The notes beneath the pieces were generated by a model. The model ran no database searches, had not been told where the DNA came from, and worked only from the letters and a program-made list of their open reading frames with translations. From Nannocystis bainbridge (GTDB lineage Bacteria > Myxococcota_A > Polyangia > Nannocystales > Nannocystaceae), in assembly GCF_028368995.1 (NCBI RefSeq), contig NZ_JAQNDL010000001.1, positions 4,160,001-4,224,000 of the forward strand: DNA of 64,000 nt, written 5' to 3'. Both the position numbers and the translations under genes were made by a program. This document shows positions 35,971 through 47,060 of the stretch, one piece after another; the stretch's first letter is position 1; every line of letters starts with the position of its first letter.

Positions 35971-36870
35971 TCAAAGCGCGCCAGGGTCGGCCCACGGCGG
36001 CAGCTCGGCGCGCACGTCGACGGCGACGCCCGTCATCGGATGCGTGAACGCGAGCCGCACGCAGGCCAGCTCGAGCACCTCACCGGCGCCCGCGCGCCCG
36101 ACGACCGACAGCCCCAGCGCCTGCGCGTGCAGCGAGATCTGCTCGGTCGGCGCCCGGCGCAGCTCGACCTCGACCAGCGTCGCGCCGTCCCGCTCGGCCA
36201 GCCGCCGGAACTCGGTGCGCGCCGGCACCGCCTCGCGCTCGTCGGGGCGCGCGAGGCGGACCGCGCCGGTCGCCTTGATCAGGGGTGTCTCACAGACCAT
36301 GTCCCCGGGGACATGTCCTGAAAGCCTGGCTCGGTAGACGCGCAGCGCGTCGAGCTCGGCGAACTTCGGCAGGAAGCTGGAAGTGTCCTGGCCGCGGAAG
36401 GTGAACAGCGCCAGGCCGGCGGCCGCCGGGTCGAGGGCGTGGACGAGGCCGACGTAGGGCCGCAGGACGCCCTCGCGCGCGAGCCGCTGGACCAGCGCCG
36501 GGCTGACCGCGCCGCGGCTGCCCTCGCGGGTGGCCGCCGCCGGCACGCCGTGTGGCTTGTCGACGATGACGCAGTGGGCGTCGCGGTGCACGACGACCAG
36601 GCTGTCGGGGGCGAGCGGCGCGACGCTGGACGCGCCGCGGTAGATCGTGACCCGCTCACCCTCGCGCACGCGCAGGGTCGGGATGCAGCTGCGCACGGTG
36701 CCGATGTAGACGCCGCCGGCGCGGATGAGCTCGGACGCCGGCGCGACCCCGAGGCCGAGCCGGCGCCCGAGCAGCTGGCGCAGGGTCATGCCGTCCTCCA
36801 TCGAGATCACGCGCACGCGCACGCGGGCCTCCGCGGCCTCGGGCTGGCTCGGCTGGTCGGCGCTGCTCAT
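35971..36870 (-). CDS. RluA-family pseudouridine synthase-like protein with degenerate motifs
   Basis: S4-like N-terminus, VDKPHG, VHALD..AAGL, FTHPMTG. Confidence 0.75.
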   Translation of the reverse strand: MSSADQPSQPEAAEARVRVRVISMEDGMTLRQLLGRRLGLGVAPASELIRAGGVYIGTVRSCIPTLRVREGERVTIYRGASSVAPLAPDSLVVVHRDAHCVIVDKPHGVPAAATREGSRGAVSPALVQRLAREGVLRPYVGLVHALDPAAAGLALFTFRGQDTSSFLPKFAELDALRVYRARLSGHVPGDMVCETPLIKATGAVRLARPDEREAVPARTEFRRLAERDGATLVEVELRRAPTEQISLHAQALGLSVVGRAGAGEVLELACVRLAFTHPMTGVAVDVRAELPPWADPGAL

Positions 36871-36877
36871 ACGGACC

Positions 36878-37010
36878 TGCTCATCGGGACATGCTCGCTA
36901 CGCCATGCCCTGCGGGACATGCCCGATGGGACATGCCCTTCGGGACATAGACCGCGCGACGACCATGGAAGCTTCGGGTCATGCTCGGGGCGACACGGCC
37001 TGGGGGACAT
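36878..37010. repeat. 14-bp-period tandem array x5 plus two further units
   Basis: TGCTCATCGGGACA TGCTCGCTACGCCA TGCCCTGCGGGACA TGCCCGATGGGACA TGCCCTTCGGGACA. Confidence 0.85.
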
Positions 37011-37014
37011 ACGA

Positions 37015-37983
37015 TCACGAACGCTTGAGGCGCAGCTCGGCGGCCAGCTCGCGCAGCTCGGCCGCGGTGACGTGGTAGCGCTCGCCGCAGTACGAGCAGC
37101 GGACCTCGGTGATCTCGCGCTCGCCGGCGAGGGCCTCGACGTCGTCGGCGCCGAGCATGGCGACGATGTCGCGGGCCACCGCCGGGCCGCAGTTGCAGCG
37201 GAACGCCAGCGGGGTCTCGCCGACGACCTCGAACGGGCCGTCCGCGAGGGCGAGGCGCAGCAGGTCGGCCGGCTCGCGCGGCAGCATCAGCAGCGACGCC
37301 AGGGCCTCGCCGCCCACCCGCTGGCGCAGGGGGGCCAGCACCTCGCCGTCGCTGCCGGGCAGGGTCTGGACCAGCAGGCCGCCGGCCCGCAGCACGTCGC
37401 CGTTGGCGTCGAGCAGCACCTCGCAGCGCAGCAGCGACGGCACCTGCTCGCTGGCGTTGAGGTAGTGCTCGAGGTCGACGTCGACCTCGCCGGCCACCAG
37501 CTCGACGGTGCCCTGGTAGCGAGAATCTGTCCCTGCGGACATGTCAAAATCGCGGGTCACGGTGAGCACGCCGCGCCGGCCGAGGAACGGCGACAGCGGC
37601 AGGCGACCCGACGCGCGCTCGAGCGTGGCCCGCAGCGGCGTGTCGCCGAAGCCGCGGCGCAGGCAGCCGCGCACCGTGCCGTCGCCGTGGGCGTCGAGCA
37701 GGAACCCGCCGGCCTCGCCCTCGCCGCCGCCCGGGCCGCGCGAGTCCAGGACGCTGCGCGCGTCGACCCGCAGGCGCTCGACCGGCGACTTCGTCAGCGT
37801 CGTCAGCAGGCACCCGGCCGTCAGCGCCCGCCCGAGCGCGATCGCCTCGAGCCCGCGGATGCCGTGGCGCCGGCACGACTCCTGGACCAGGTCGGTGGTG
37901 ACGGCCGCGAGCGCGCGCATCGCCGCCTGTTCGGGCGAGGCGGAGTCGGGCGCAGCGGCGATGGCGCGGAGGAGCACGTCCAC
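37015..37983 (-). CDS. hslO: Hsp33 redox-regulated chaperone
   Basis: ALGRALT, YQGTVEL, YLNASEQVPS, AGGLLVQ.LP, CNC...CSYC. Confidence 0.92.
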   Translation of the reverse strand: MDVLLRAIAAAPDSASPEQAAMRALAAVTTDLVQESCRRHGIRGLEAIALGRALTAGCLLTTLTKSPVERLRVDARSVLDSRGPGGGEGEAGGFLLDAHGDGTVRGCLRRGFGDTPLRATLERASGRLPLSPFLGRRGVLTVTRDFDMSAGTDSRYQGTVELVAGEVDVDLEHYLNASEQVPSLLRCEVLLDANGDVLRAGGLLVQTLPGSDGEVLAPLRQRVGGEALASLLMLPREPADLLRLALADGPFEVVGETPLAFRCNCGPAVARDIVAMLGADDVEALAGEREITEVRCSYCGERYHVTAAELRELAAELRLKRS

Positions 37984-38004
37984 GGCGAGAGGGTAGCGCG
38001 CCGC

Positions 38005-39234
38005 TCAGGGCAGGTCGATCAGGTTGAGGCGCACGCTGGTGGTGGCGCCGCCGCGGACCAGCTTGACCTCGACCTCGTCGCCGACCTTGTAGCGGTCGAG
38101 GGCGTTGTAGAGGTCGTCGTAGTTCTTCACCTTGTGATCGTTGATGCCGACGATGATGTCGCCGAGCAAGATCTCGCCGGTGCGGTCCTGCGACAGCCCG
38201 CGGATGCCCGCCTTGGCGGCGGGGCCGCCGGTGACCGTGCGGGTGATGACGACGCCCTTGACGCCGACGCGCGCGGCGTAGGCGTCGGGTAGCGGCTCGA
38301 TGCCGAGGCCCGGGTGCTCGACGCGGCCCTTGTCGATGATCTGCGGGACCACCCGGCGCACCGTCGCCACCGGCACCGCGAACCCGATGCCGGCGCTGCT
38401 GCCGGTCTTGCTGAAGATCATCGTGTTCATGCCGATGAGGTGCGCGCCGCTGTCGAGCAGCGGGCCGCCGGAGTTGCCGGGGTTGATCGAGGCGTCGGTC
38501 TGGATCATGTCGCGGATGGTGACGCCGCCGTAACCCTGGACCTCGCGGCCGATCGCCGAGACCACGCCGGTGGTGAGCGTGTGGTCGAGGCCGAACGGGT
38601 TGCCGATGGCGACCGCGGTCTGACCGACCTCGAGCGGGCCGCCCTGCGGCAGCACGCGGATCGGCGTCAGCGGCTCGTCGCAGTTGATCAGCTTGAGCAC
38701 GGCGATGTCCTTGTTGGGATCGCCGCCGAGCAGCTGGGCGTCGTAGGTCTTCTGGCTGTAGAGCGTGACGCTGTAGGTGCCGCGCGCGCGGCCGGCGTCG
38801 ACGACGTGGTAGTTGGTGACGATGTGGCCCTGCGTGTCCCAGACGAAGCCGGTGCCCGAGCCGGCGGGGACCTCGAGCGCGCGCATCGAGTAGTCGCGGA
38901 CCAGCCGCTTCTGCGTCACGAACACGGTCGCGGGCGCGGCGGCGCGGAACACGTCGATGACGTTCTGCTCGGCTTCGAGGCGCGCGGCGGGCGACGGGGC
39001 CTTGACCTCCGGCGTCGCGTGCGACTGCGCCGGTGCGGCTGCGAGCCCCGTCAGCGTCGCGTGCGCGCCCACGTCGGGGGCGATCTCTCGCGGCGCGGAG
39101 GCGGTCACAGCCACCGTCTCGGTCTGGGGCGACGGCGGCGCTGCAGCTTGGCACTCGGTCATGCCCGGCAACACCGTGAGGCAGCCGAGGAGGACCAGGG
39201 ACGAAGACAGCAAAGTTCGGCGGGAGGCGGCCAT
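38005..39234 (-). CDS. HtrA/DegP-type serine protease with one PDZ domain
   Basis: GSGTGF, TNYHVV, DIAVLK, QTDASINPGNSGGPL, C-terminal PDZ. Confidence 0.93.
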   Translation of the reverse strand: MAASRRTLLSSSLVLLGCLTVLPGMTECQAAAPPSPQTETVAVTASAPREIAPDVGAHATLTGLAAAPAQSHATPEVKAPSPAARLEAEQNVIDVFRAAAPATVFVTQKRLVRDYSMRALEVPAGSGTGFVWDTQGHIVTNYHVVDAGRARGTYSVTLYSQKTYDAQLLGGDPNKDIAVLKLINCDEPLTPIRVLPQGGPLEVGQTAVAIGNPFGLDHTLTTGVVSAIGREVQGYGGVTIRDMIQTDASINPGNSGGPLLDSGAHLIGMNTMIFSKTGSSAGIGFAVPVATVRRVVPQIIDKGRVEHPGLGIEPLPDAYAARVGVKGVVITRTVTGGPAAKAGIRGLSQDRTGEILLGDIIVGINDHKVKNYDDLYNALDRYKVGDEVEVKLVRGGATTSVRLNLIDLP

Positions 39235-39373
39235 GGCTGGGCTCTGTTTTAGGCGCCCGGCCGGCGTCCGCAAGGGCCCGCTGCACCCGCTGACCGCCGC
39301 GAGGCTGCATTTATGTGCAGGCCGAAGCCGCGCAGGCGGGGTTTCGCCCGCGCCGTGATATACCTTGCCGACC

Positions 39374-41257
<1,884 letters not shown>

Positions 41258-41310
41258 CTCGCGGTGCAGGCGCGCGCAGGCGCGCCCAGGCGTGTGTTAG
41301 GCTGCCGGCC

Positions 41311-42801
41311 ATGTCTTGGCAGAACTTCGTCCGCCTCACCCTTCTCCCTTGCGTCACGCTGCTCGCGTGCGGTGACGACGGCAACGCCACCGACTCGACC
41401 GCCTCGACGTCCGCCGGCCCCACCACCGACGGCACCGGCACCACCGACACCACGGCGACGACGGGCACGAGCACCGACGGCACCTCGACCACGGTCACGC
41501 CGACCACCGCCGGGCCGACCACCGAGACCCCGCCGACCTCGACGACCGTCGACGACCCGACCACCGACGGCACCTCGACGACCACCGGCGAGCCCGTGTG
41601 TCCCTACACGCCGGTCGCCGGTCGCCCCGGCTTCACGCTCGAGGTCGTCGCCAACGGCTTCGACCGCCCGCTGATGGTCCGCGCCGACCCCCGCGACCCC
41701 GCGCGCCTGTTCGTGCTCGAGCAGGGCGGTCGCATCAAGATCCTCGAGCCCGGCGAGACTTCCGCGCCGGACGCCAACTTCCTCGACATCGACGTCAAGA
41801 ACAAGAACCCGAGCCAGATCGGCCCCGAGCAGGGCCTGCTCGGCTTCGATTTCCACCCCAACTTCCCCGACGACCCGCGGATCTACGTCAACTACAACCC
41901 GGGCATGTGGCAGGGCCCCGGGCCGACCTACGTGTCCGAGTTCAAGCTCGACGCCAACGACCCCGACAAGGTCGACCCGGCGTCCGAGCGGATCGTCATC
42001 GCCATCTCGCAGCCGGCCAGCAACCACAACGGCGGCATGATCGAGTTCGGTCCCGACGGCATGCTCTACATCGGCATGGGCGACGGCGGCGGCGGCGACG
42101 ACCAGTTCGACACCGGTCGCGACAAGCTGTCGCTGCACGCCAAGATCCTGCGCATCGACGTCGAGCCCGACGGCACGCCCGACATGAACGAGCCGTGCGG
42201 CCAGTGCGAGCTGCTCGACGGCTTCGACTACACGATCCCGGCCGACAACCCGTTCGTGAACGACCCCGAGTTCGCGCCGGAGGTCTACGCGTGGGGCTTC
42301 CGCAACCCGTGGCGCTTCAACTTCGACGAGGACGGCACGCTCTACGCCGCCGATGTCGGCCAGAACCAGTGGGAGGAGGTCAGCGTGGTCGCCGGCGGCG
42401 CCGACTACGGCTGGAGCCTGATGGAGGGCAACCACTGCTTCAACGGCGGCTGTGACGACGGCAAGGGCGTCAACGAGGTCAACGACCAGGGCATGACCAC
42501 CCCGATCGCCGAGTACAACCACGGCGAGGGTTGCTCGATCACCGGCGGCACCGTCTATCGCAGCTGCGAAGTGCCCGAGTGGGACGGCACTTACTTCTAC
42601 GGCGACTACTGCTCCGGCGGCATCTACGGCCTCAACTGGGACGGCACCGCCGTCGAGCTGCTCGGCATGGTCGCCAGCCAGGAGGACCGCGTGCTCGGCT
42701 CGGGCAGCAACGGCTTCGGCGACGTGCTGTTCACGGTCGTCGAGCTCGACGCGTTCAACGCCCCCGTCGACGGCAAGATCCTGCGGGTCGCCCCGCAGTG
42801 A
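41311..42801 (+). CDS. PQQ-dependent sugar (glucose/sorbosone) dehydrogenase family lipoprotein
   Basis: Lipobox LLAC, Thr-rich linker, EQGLLG..FHP, NHNGG, GMGDGG, GFRNPWR, ADVGQ. Confidence 0.9.
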   Translation: MSWQNFVRLTLLPCVTLLACGDDGNATDSTASTSAGPTTDGTGTTDTTATTGTSTDGTSTTVTPTTAGPTTETPPTSTTVDDPTTDGTSTTTGEPVCPYTPVAGRPGFTLEVVANGFDRPLMVRADPRDPARLFVLEQGGRIKILEPGETSAPDANFLDIDVKNKNPSQIGPEQGLLGFDFHPNFPDDPRIYVNYNPGMWQGPGPTYVSEFKLDANDPDKVDPASERIVIAISQPASNHNGGMIEFGPDGMLYIGMGDGGGGDDQFDTGRDKLSLHAKILRIDVEPDGTPDMNEPCGQCELLDGFDYTIPADNPFVNDPEFAPEVYAWGFRNPWRFNFDEDGTLYAADVGQNQWEEVSVVAGGADYGWSLMEGNHCFNGGCDDGKGVNEVNDQGMTTPIAEYNHGEGCSITGGTVYRSCEVPEWDGTYFYGDYCSGGIYGLNWDGTAVELLGMVASQEDRVLGSGSNGFGDVLFTVVELDAFNAPVDGKILRVAPQ

Positions 42802-42808
42802 ACCCGCA

Positions 42809-43282
42809 GTGAAGACCAACGCCGCCAGGATCCTCGACAACCTCGGCATCGACTACGAGCTCCGCCCGTACCCCGTCGATGCCGAGCACCTCAAGGCGGC
42901 CGAGGTCGCGGCTCTGGTCGGCCTGCCGCCCGAGCAGGTGTTCAAGACGCTCATCGCCCGCGGCGACCGCAACGGGGTGTGCCTCGCGGTCGTGCCGGGC
43001 GACGGCCACCTCGACCTCAAGGCGCTCGCGCGCGCCAGCGGCGACCGACGCATCGAGCTGGTCGCCCTGCGCGAGGTGACGCCGCTGACCGGCTACGTGC
43101 GCGGCGGCGTCACGGCCCTGGCCGGCAAGAAGGACTACCCGGTGTACCTCGACGAGACGGCGATCCTGTTCGAGCAGATCGCCGTGTCGGCGGGCACGCG
43201 CGGGCTTCAGATCGTGCTGCACCCCGACGGCTACGTGCGCGCGACCCGGGCCACGCTCTGTCCGCTCGTACAGGCCCCTTGA
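42809..43282 (+). CDS. ybaK: Cys-tRNA(Pro) deacylase
   Basis: KTNAARIL, VFKTL, TGYVRGG, VSAGTRG. Confidence 0.92.
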   Translation: MKTNAARILDNLGIDYELRPYPVDAEHLKAAEVAALVGLPPEQVFKTLIARGDRNGVCLAVVPGDGHLDLKALARASGDRRIELVALREVTPLTGYVRGGVTALAGKKDYPVYLDETAILFEQIAVSAGTRGLQIVLHPDGYVRATRATLCPLVQAP

Positions 43283-43328
43283 GACATGCTCAAGAGGACA
43301 TGCCCGATCGGGCATGTCCGTCCGACCA
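43259..43328. repeat. 14-bp-period tandem array x5 spanning the ybaK stop codon
   Basis: TGTCCGCTCGTACA GGCCCCTTGAGACA TGCTCAAGAGGACA TGCCCGATCGGGCA TGTCCGTCCGACCA. Confidence 0.8.
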
Positions 43329-43331
43329 GGC

Positions 43332-44909
43332 TCAATCGTCGAGCGCGCCGGCCTCGATCCACGCGCGCAGCTTGGCGACCAGCGGATCGGGCAGCAGCGT
43401 CGGGGCGTTGAACGGCATGTGCCGCACGACCGCGCCCTCGCCGTTCTGCGGCTCGCACTCGGCGACCAGCCGGTACAGCCAGCTCGCCTGCGGGTCGCCG
43501 GGGGTGACGAGCGCGTCGGGCGTGTCGGCGGCGACGTCGTGGTTGAGGAGGCGGTCGGCCAGGCCGTCCGCGGTCTGCAGGTCGAGGCCGGCCGCCGGCG
43601 CGCCGTCGTCGTGGCACGACGAGAAGGTGCAGCTCGGGGTGAAGATCGAGTCGCGCACGCTGGTCAGCGTGACCGGTGCATCGGGCGCGGCCGTCGGCGC
43701 GCTGTCGAAGCAGCTCTTGGTCGGCTCGAGGTCGACGTCGCCCGGGTCGGCCGGCGGCACGTAGAGCGGCCGGGCGAGCTCCTCCGGCGCCGGCGGGCCC
43801 TGGGCCGGGTTCTTGAACAGGGCGTAGTTGTCGCACTCGGCCTCGTGCATCACCTTGCCGTCGTCGACGCCGACCAGCTGCGAGTTCTGGCTGACGCGCG
43901 ACTCGATCATCACCCGGGCGTCGATGAGCCCGAGCATCATGCACATCTCCTGGTCGCCGATGCCGTAGCCGACCTCCTTGTTGAGCCAGTTGTTGAAGCC
44001 GCAGGAGAAGCGCAGGCCGTCGGCGTCGGAGAGGTCGACCGGCGGGTCGAACGCGGCCCCGTTGGCGCCGCCGTTGAAGCCGTCGAGCTGGAACAGGACC
44101 TCGCCGTCGCGCGAACCACCCATCACCTGCAGGCCGAAGAACTCGCCGAGGTAGTGGTAGTGCGGCAGCACGTAGTAGAGCTTGACGTCGAGCGGCTTGC
44201 CGGTCGCCTTCTCGACGTCGTGGCGGAACGAGCAGTTGCCGGTGAAGCGGCTGTGCTTGCCCGCGGGGATCGCCAGGTCGCGGTAGTCGAGGTGCATCGC
44301 CGCGAGCACGGCCTCGATGTCGCGCGGGTGGATGATGTCGAGCGCCATGCGCAGCTCGGAGTCGAGGTCGGTGCTGCCGAGGTTGAGCAGGTGGACGCCG
44401 GCGACGATCTTGTGCCGCGCGGGGATCTTGATGACCGCGCCCGCCGGCAGTTGCATGGCCTCCTGGCGCGACTGGGTCGACTGGGCGAACAGCACCGTGC
44501 CCTCGACCGCGGCGGTGATCTCGTTGTACTCGCGCGAGCTGCAGTCCCAGAACCCGTCCTCGCCGGCGAACACCTCCTCCGGCACCGCGAACCAGTTGCT
44601 GTGGTGAAACCCGCCGTCGTTGACCAGCGTCACCGCGTTGACGTAGATCGGCTCGTCGTTGTGCAGCGTCCACTGCACGCACGGCTCGATCTCGAGGTAC
44701 GGCGTCATCAAGTAGTTGCCGAAGCTGTGGACCACCGAGGCGACCTCGGTCCCGGGCTCGCCGGTGGTCGGCGCGGTCGTGGCGGAAGCCCCGGTCGTCG
44801 CGGCCTCGGTGGTGGCGACGCCGGTGGTCGTGCCCTCGCTGTCCGAAGAGCCAGATCCGGGGCAGGCGCACGCGAGGGCGAGGACGGAGACGAGCGAGCG
44901 ATGGGCCAT
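43332..44909 (-). CDS. Lipoprotein copper type II monooxygenase (PHM-like) fused to cytochrome c-like domain (paralog 2)
   Basis: FHHSNW, GVHLLN, PHYHYLG, QEMC; CTFSSCH and C-terminal MP. Confidence 0.75.
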   Translation of the reverse strand: MAHRSLVSVLALACACPGSGSSDSEGTTTGVATTEAATTGASATTAPTTGEPGTEVASVVHSFGNYLMTPYLEIEPCVQWTLHNDEPIYVNAVTLVNDGGFHHSNWFAVPEEVFAGEDGFWDCSSREYNEITAAVEGTVLFAQSTQSRQEAMQLPAGAVIKIPARHKIVAGVHLLNLGSTDLDSELRMALDIIHPRDIEAVLAAMHLDYRDLAIPAGKHSRFTGNCSFRHDVEKATGKPLDVKLYYVLPHYHYLGEFFGLQVMGGSRDGEVLFQLDGFNGGANGAAFDPPVDLSDADGLRFSCGFNNWLNKEVGYGIGDQEMCMMLGLIDARVMIESRVSQNSQLVGVDDGKVMHEAECDNYALFKNPAQGPPAPEELARPLYVPPADPGDVDLEPTKSCFDSAPTAAPDAPVTLTSVRDSIFTPSCTFSSCHDDGAPAAGLDLQTADGLADRLLNHDVAADTPDALVTPGDPQASWLYRLVAECEPQNGEGAVVRHMPFNAPTLLPDPLVAKLRAWIEAGALDD

Positions 44910-44917
44910 GGCGTTAC

Positions 44918-46456
44918 TCAATTATTCTCGGCGCCGGCGTTGATCCACGCGCGGATCAGCGCGACGGTGCCGTCGGTCAGCAGGGTGGGCGCGTTGTAGG
45001 GCATGTGGCGGACGGCCCGGCCGTCGCTGTCGGTCGGGTCACAGCGCGAGACGATCTGGTACAGCCAGCTGCCCTCGGCGTCGCCGGGCGCGACCAGCGG
45101 GGCCTCGACGCGGGCCGCGACTTTGTGCGCGAGCAAGCGCTCGTGGAGCCCCGGCGACTGCAAATCGAGGCCCGCGGCCGGCTGCTTGGCGTCGTGGCAC
45201 GACGAGAACACGCAGCCCGGGGCGAAGATGGCGCTGTGGAGGCGCTGCAGGCTCGGCGGGCCCTTCGCGGGCACCGTCGCGTCGGCGTCGACGCACTGCT
45301 TCTGCGGCTCGAGGTCGACGTCGCCGGGGTCGCCCGGCGGGACGTACAGCGGCGCGGCCTGCTCCTCGGCGGTCGGCTCGGTCTGGGCGCCGTTCTCGGG
45401 GAAGGCGAGCACCTGGCACGGGCCCTCGTGGAGCAGCACGTCGCCCTCGACGCCGACCGGCTTCGAGCCGGTGAGCACGCTGATGTCCATGATCGCCCGG
45501 CTGTCGGCGAGGCCGAGCATGACGCACATCTCCTGGTCGCCGATGCCCCAGCCGATCGGGACGTCGCGCCAGTTGTCGAAGCCGCACGAGAAGCGCAGGC
45601 CCTCGCTGCCGCCGAGGTCGAGCGGCGGGTCGAACGCTTTGCCGCCGGCGTCGGCGTTGAAGCCGGTCTTCTCGAACACGACCCGGCTGTCGCCGTCGGC
45701 GTCGAACGTCTCGAGGCGGAAGTAGTCGCCGAGGTAATGGGTGTGCGGCAGGACGTGGTAGAGCTTGAGGTCGAACTCGCCGGCGACGGCGCCGAGGTAG
45801 GGCCCACGCAGCTTGCAGGCGCCGGTGAAGCGGCTGCGGCGCTCGGGCGGGATCTCGAGGTCGAAGTAGGACAGGCGGAACGGCGCGACCAGGACCTCGA
45901 CGTCGCGCGGGTGGATGATGTCGAGGGCCATGCGCAGCTCGGTCTCGACGGCGACGCTGGCGAGGTTGAGGAGGTGGACGCCGGCGATGATCTTGTGCCG
46001 CGGGGGGATCTTGATGACGACGCCCGGGGGCAGCTGCTGGACTTCGCTGCGCGACTGGGTCGACTGGGCGAACACGACGGTGCCCGAGAGCGCGGCGTCG
46101 AGCTCGGTGTAGCCGCGGTCGGAGCAGCGGAAGAAACCATCTTCACCGGCGAATTTGTCCTCGGGGACCGTCAGCCAGTTGCTGTGGTGGAAGCCGCCGT
46201 CGTTGACCATGGTGACGGCGTTGACGTAGAGCGGCTGGTCGTTGTGGAGCGTCCACTGCACGCACGGCTCGGTCTCCTCGAAGGGGGCGAGGGTCGTCAG
46301 GCCGAAGGTGTGCACCAGCGTGGCCCGCGAGCCGTCGTCGGGCGCGCCCGTGCTGGTGCCGCTGGTGGCCTCGGTCGCGGCCGGGTTCTCGGATGTCCGA
46401 CAGGACAGGTTCGCAGCGACGAACCCCGCCGCGGCCGTGCGCGCCAGCGCATGCAT
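44918..46456 (-). CDS. Lipoprotein copper type II monooxygenase (PHM-like) fused to cytochrome c-like domain (paralog 1)
   Basis: FHHSNW, GVHLLN, PHTHYLG, QEMC; CVFSSCH and C-terminal MP. Confidence 0.75.
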   Translation of the reverse strand: MHALARTAAAGFVAANLSCRTSENPAATEATSGTSTGAPDDGSRATLVHTFGLTTLAPFEETEPCVQWTLHNDQPLYVNAVTMVNDGGFHHSNWLTVPEDKFAGEDGFFRCSDRGYTELDAALSGTVVFAQSTQSRSEVQQLPPGVVIKIPPRHKIIAGVHLLNLASVAVETELRMALDIIHPRDVEVLVAPFRLSYFDLEIPPERRSRFTGACKLRGPYLGAVAGEFDLKLYHVLPHTHYLGDYFRLETFDADGDSRVVFEKTGFNADAGGKAFDPPLDLGGSEGLRFSCGFDNWRDVPIGWGIGDQEMCVMLGLADSRAIMDISVLTGSKPVGVEGDVLLHEGPCQVLAFPENGAQTEPTAEEQAAPLYVPPGDPGDVDLEPQKQCVDADATVPAKGPPSLQRLHSAIFAPGCVFSSCHDAKQPAAGLDLQSPGLHERLLAHKVAARVEAPLVAPGDAEGSWLYQIVSRCDPTDSDGRAVRHMPYNAPTLLTDGTVALIRAWINAGAENN

Positions 46457-46521
46457 GTACATCGCCTCCGAGGCCGGCCACGGCCGCCCCACCTCAAATT
46501 ATCATCGCCCCCGCCGCCTCG

Positions 46522-46947
46522 CTACGAAGACCTGCGGGCGCCCGCCTGCGCCGCCAACACCGCGTCGATCGCTGCCTCCAGGCGCGGCACCACCAGCGCC
46601 TCGAAGCGGGCCTGCACCGCGGGCTCGCCGAAGCACCAGTAGGCCACCAGGGCCTCGAGGCCGGTCGCCGCGCGGTAAGCCCGCACGTCCCGTACGCCGC
46701 GTCCGGAGGCCTTCAGATTGACGTTACGCCCGCGCCGCACGACGCCGGCCTCGTCCGCGTCGAGCTCGGACTCGATGGCCGCGAGCAGCTCGGCCTGGGC
46801 CTCGGCGCAGACGATGCGGGCCTTCATGGCGTGGAGCCGGTCGGTCGGATAGTCGCCGCGCCGCGCCAGCCGGAGCCGAACCTCTCGCTCGAACTCGGCG
46901 TCGCCGAGCCAGGCGAGGGTCCGGATCGATCTGCCCCGCAGGTCCAT
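46522..46947 (-). CDS. mrnC: Mini-ribonuclease III
   Basis: LAWLGDA.FE..VR, AEAQA, RRGRN, YRAATGLEALV; no dsRBD. Confidence 0.8.
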   Translation of the reverse strand: MDLRGRSIRTLAWLGDAEFEREVRLRLARRGDYPTDRLHAMKARIVCAEAQAELLAAIESELDADEAGVVRRGRNVNLKASGRGVRDVRAYRAATGLEALVAYWCFGEPAVQARFEALVVPRLEAAIDAVLAAQAGARRSS

Positions 46948-47060
46948 GATGCGGCGCAGGATAGTCCAGCACCGCGCACGTCCGCGCGTGAGCCGGTGCA
47001 CGCGCGCCCGGCAGGTCGGCGTCGGTGCCGCTGCCGTCCGGCGCTATGCTCCCGCGGTCC

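Noticed and set aside
36878-37010. 14-bp tandem arrays as a CRISPR array
   Set aside because: The period is only 14 bp with 4-6 variable nt; there are no 25-45 nt spacers, no leader and no cas genes.
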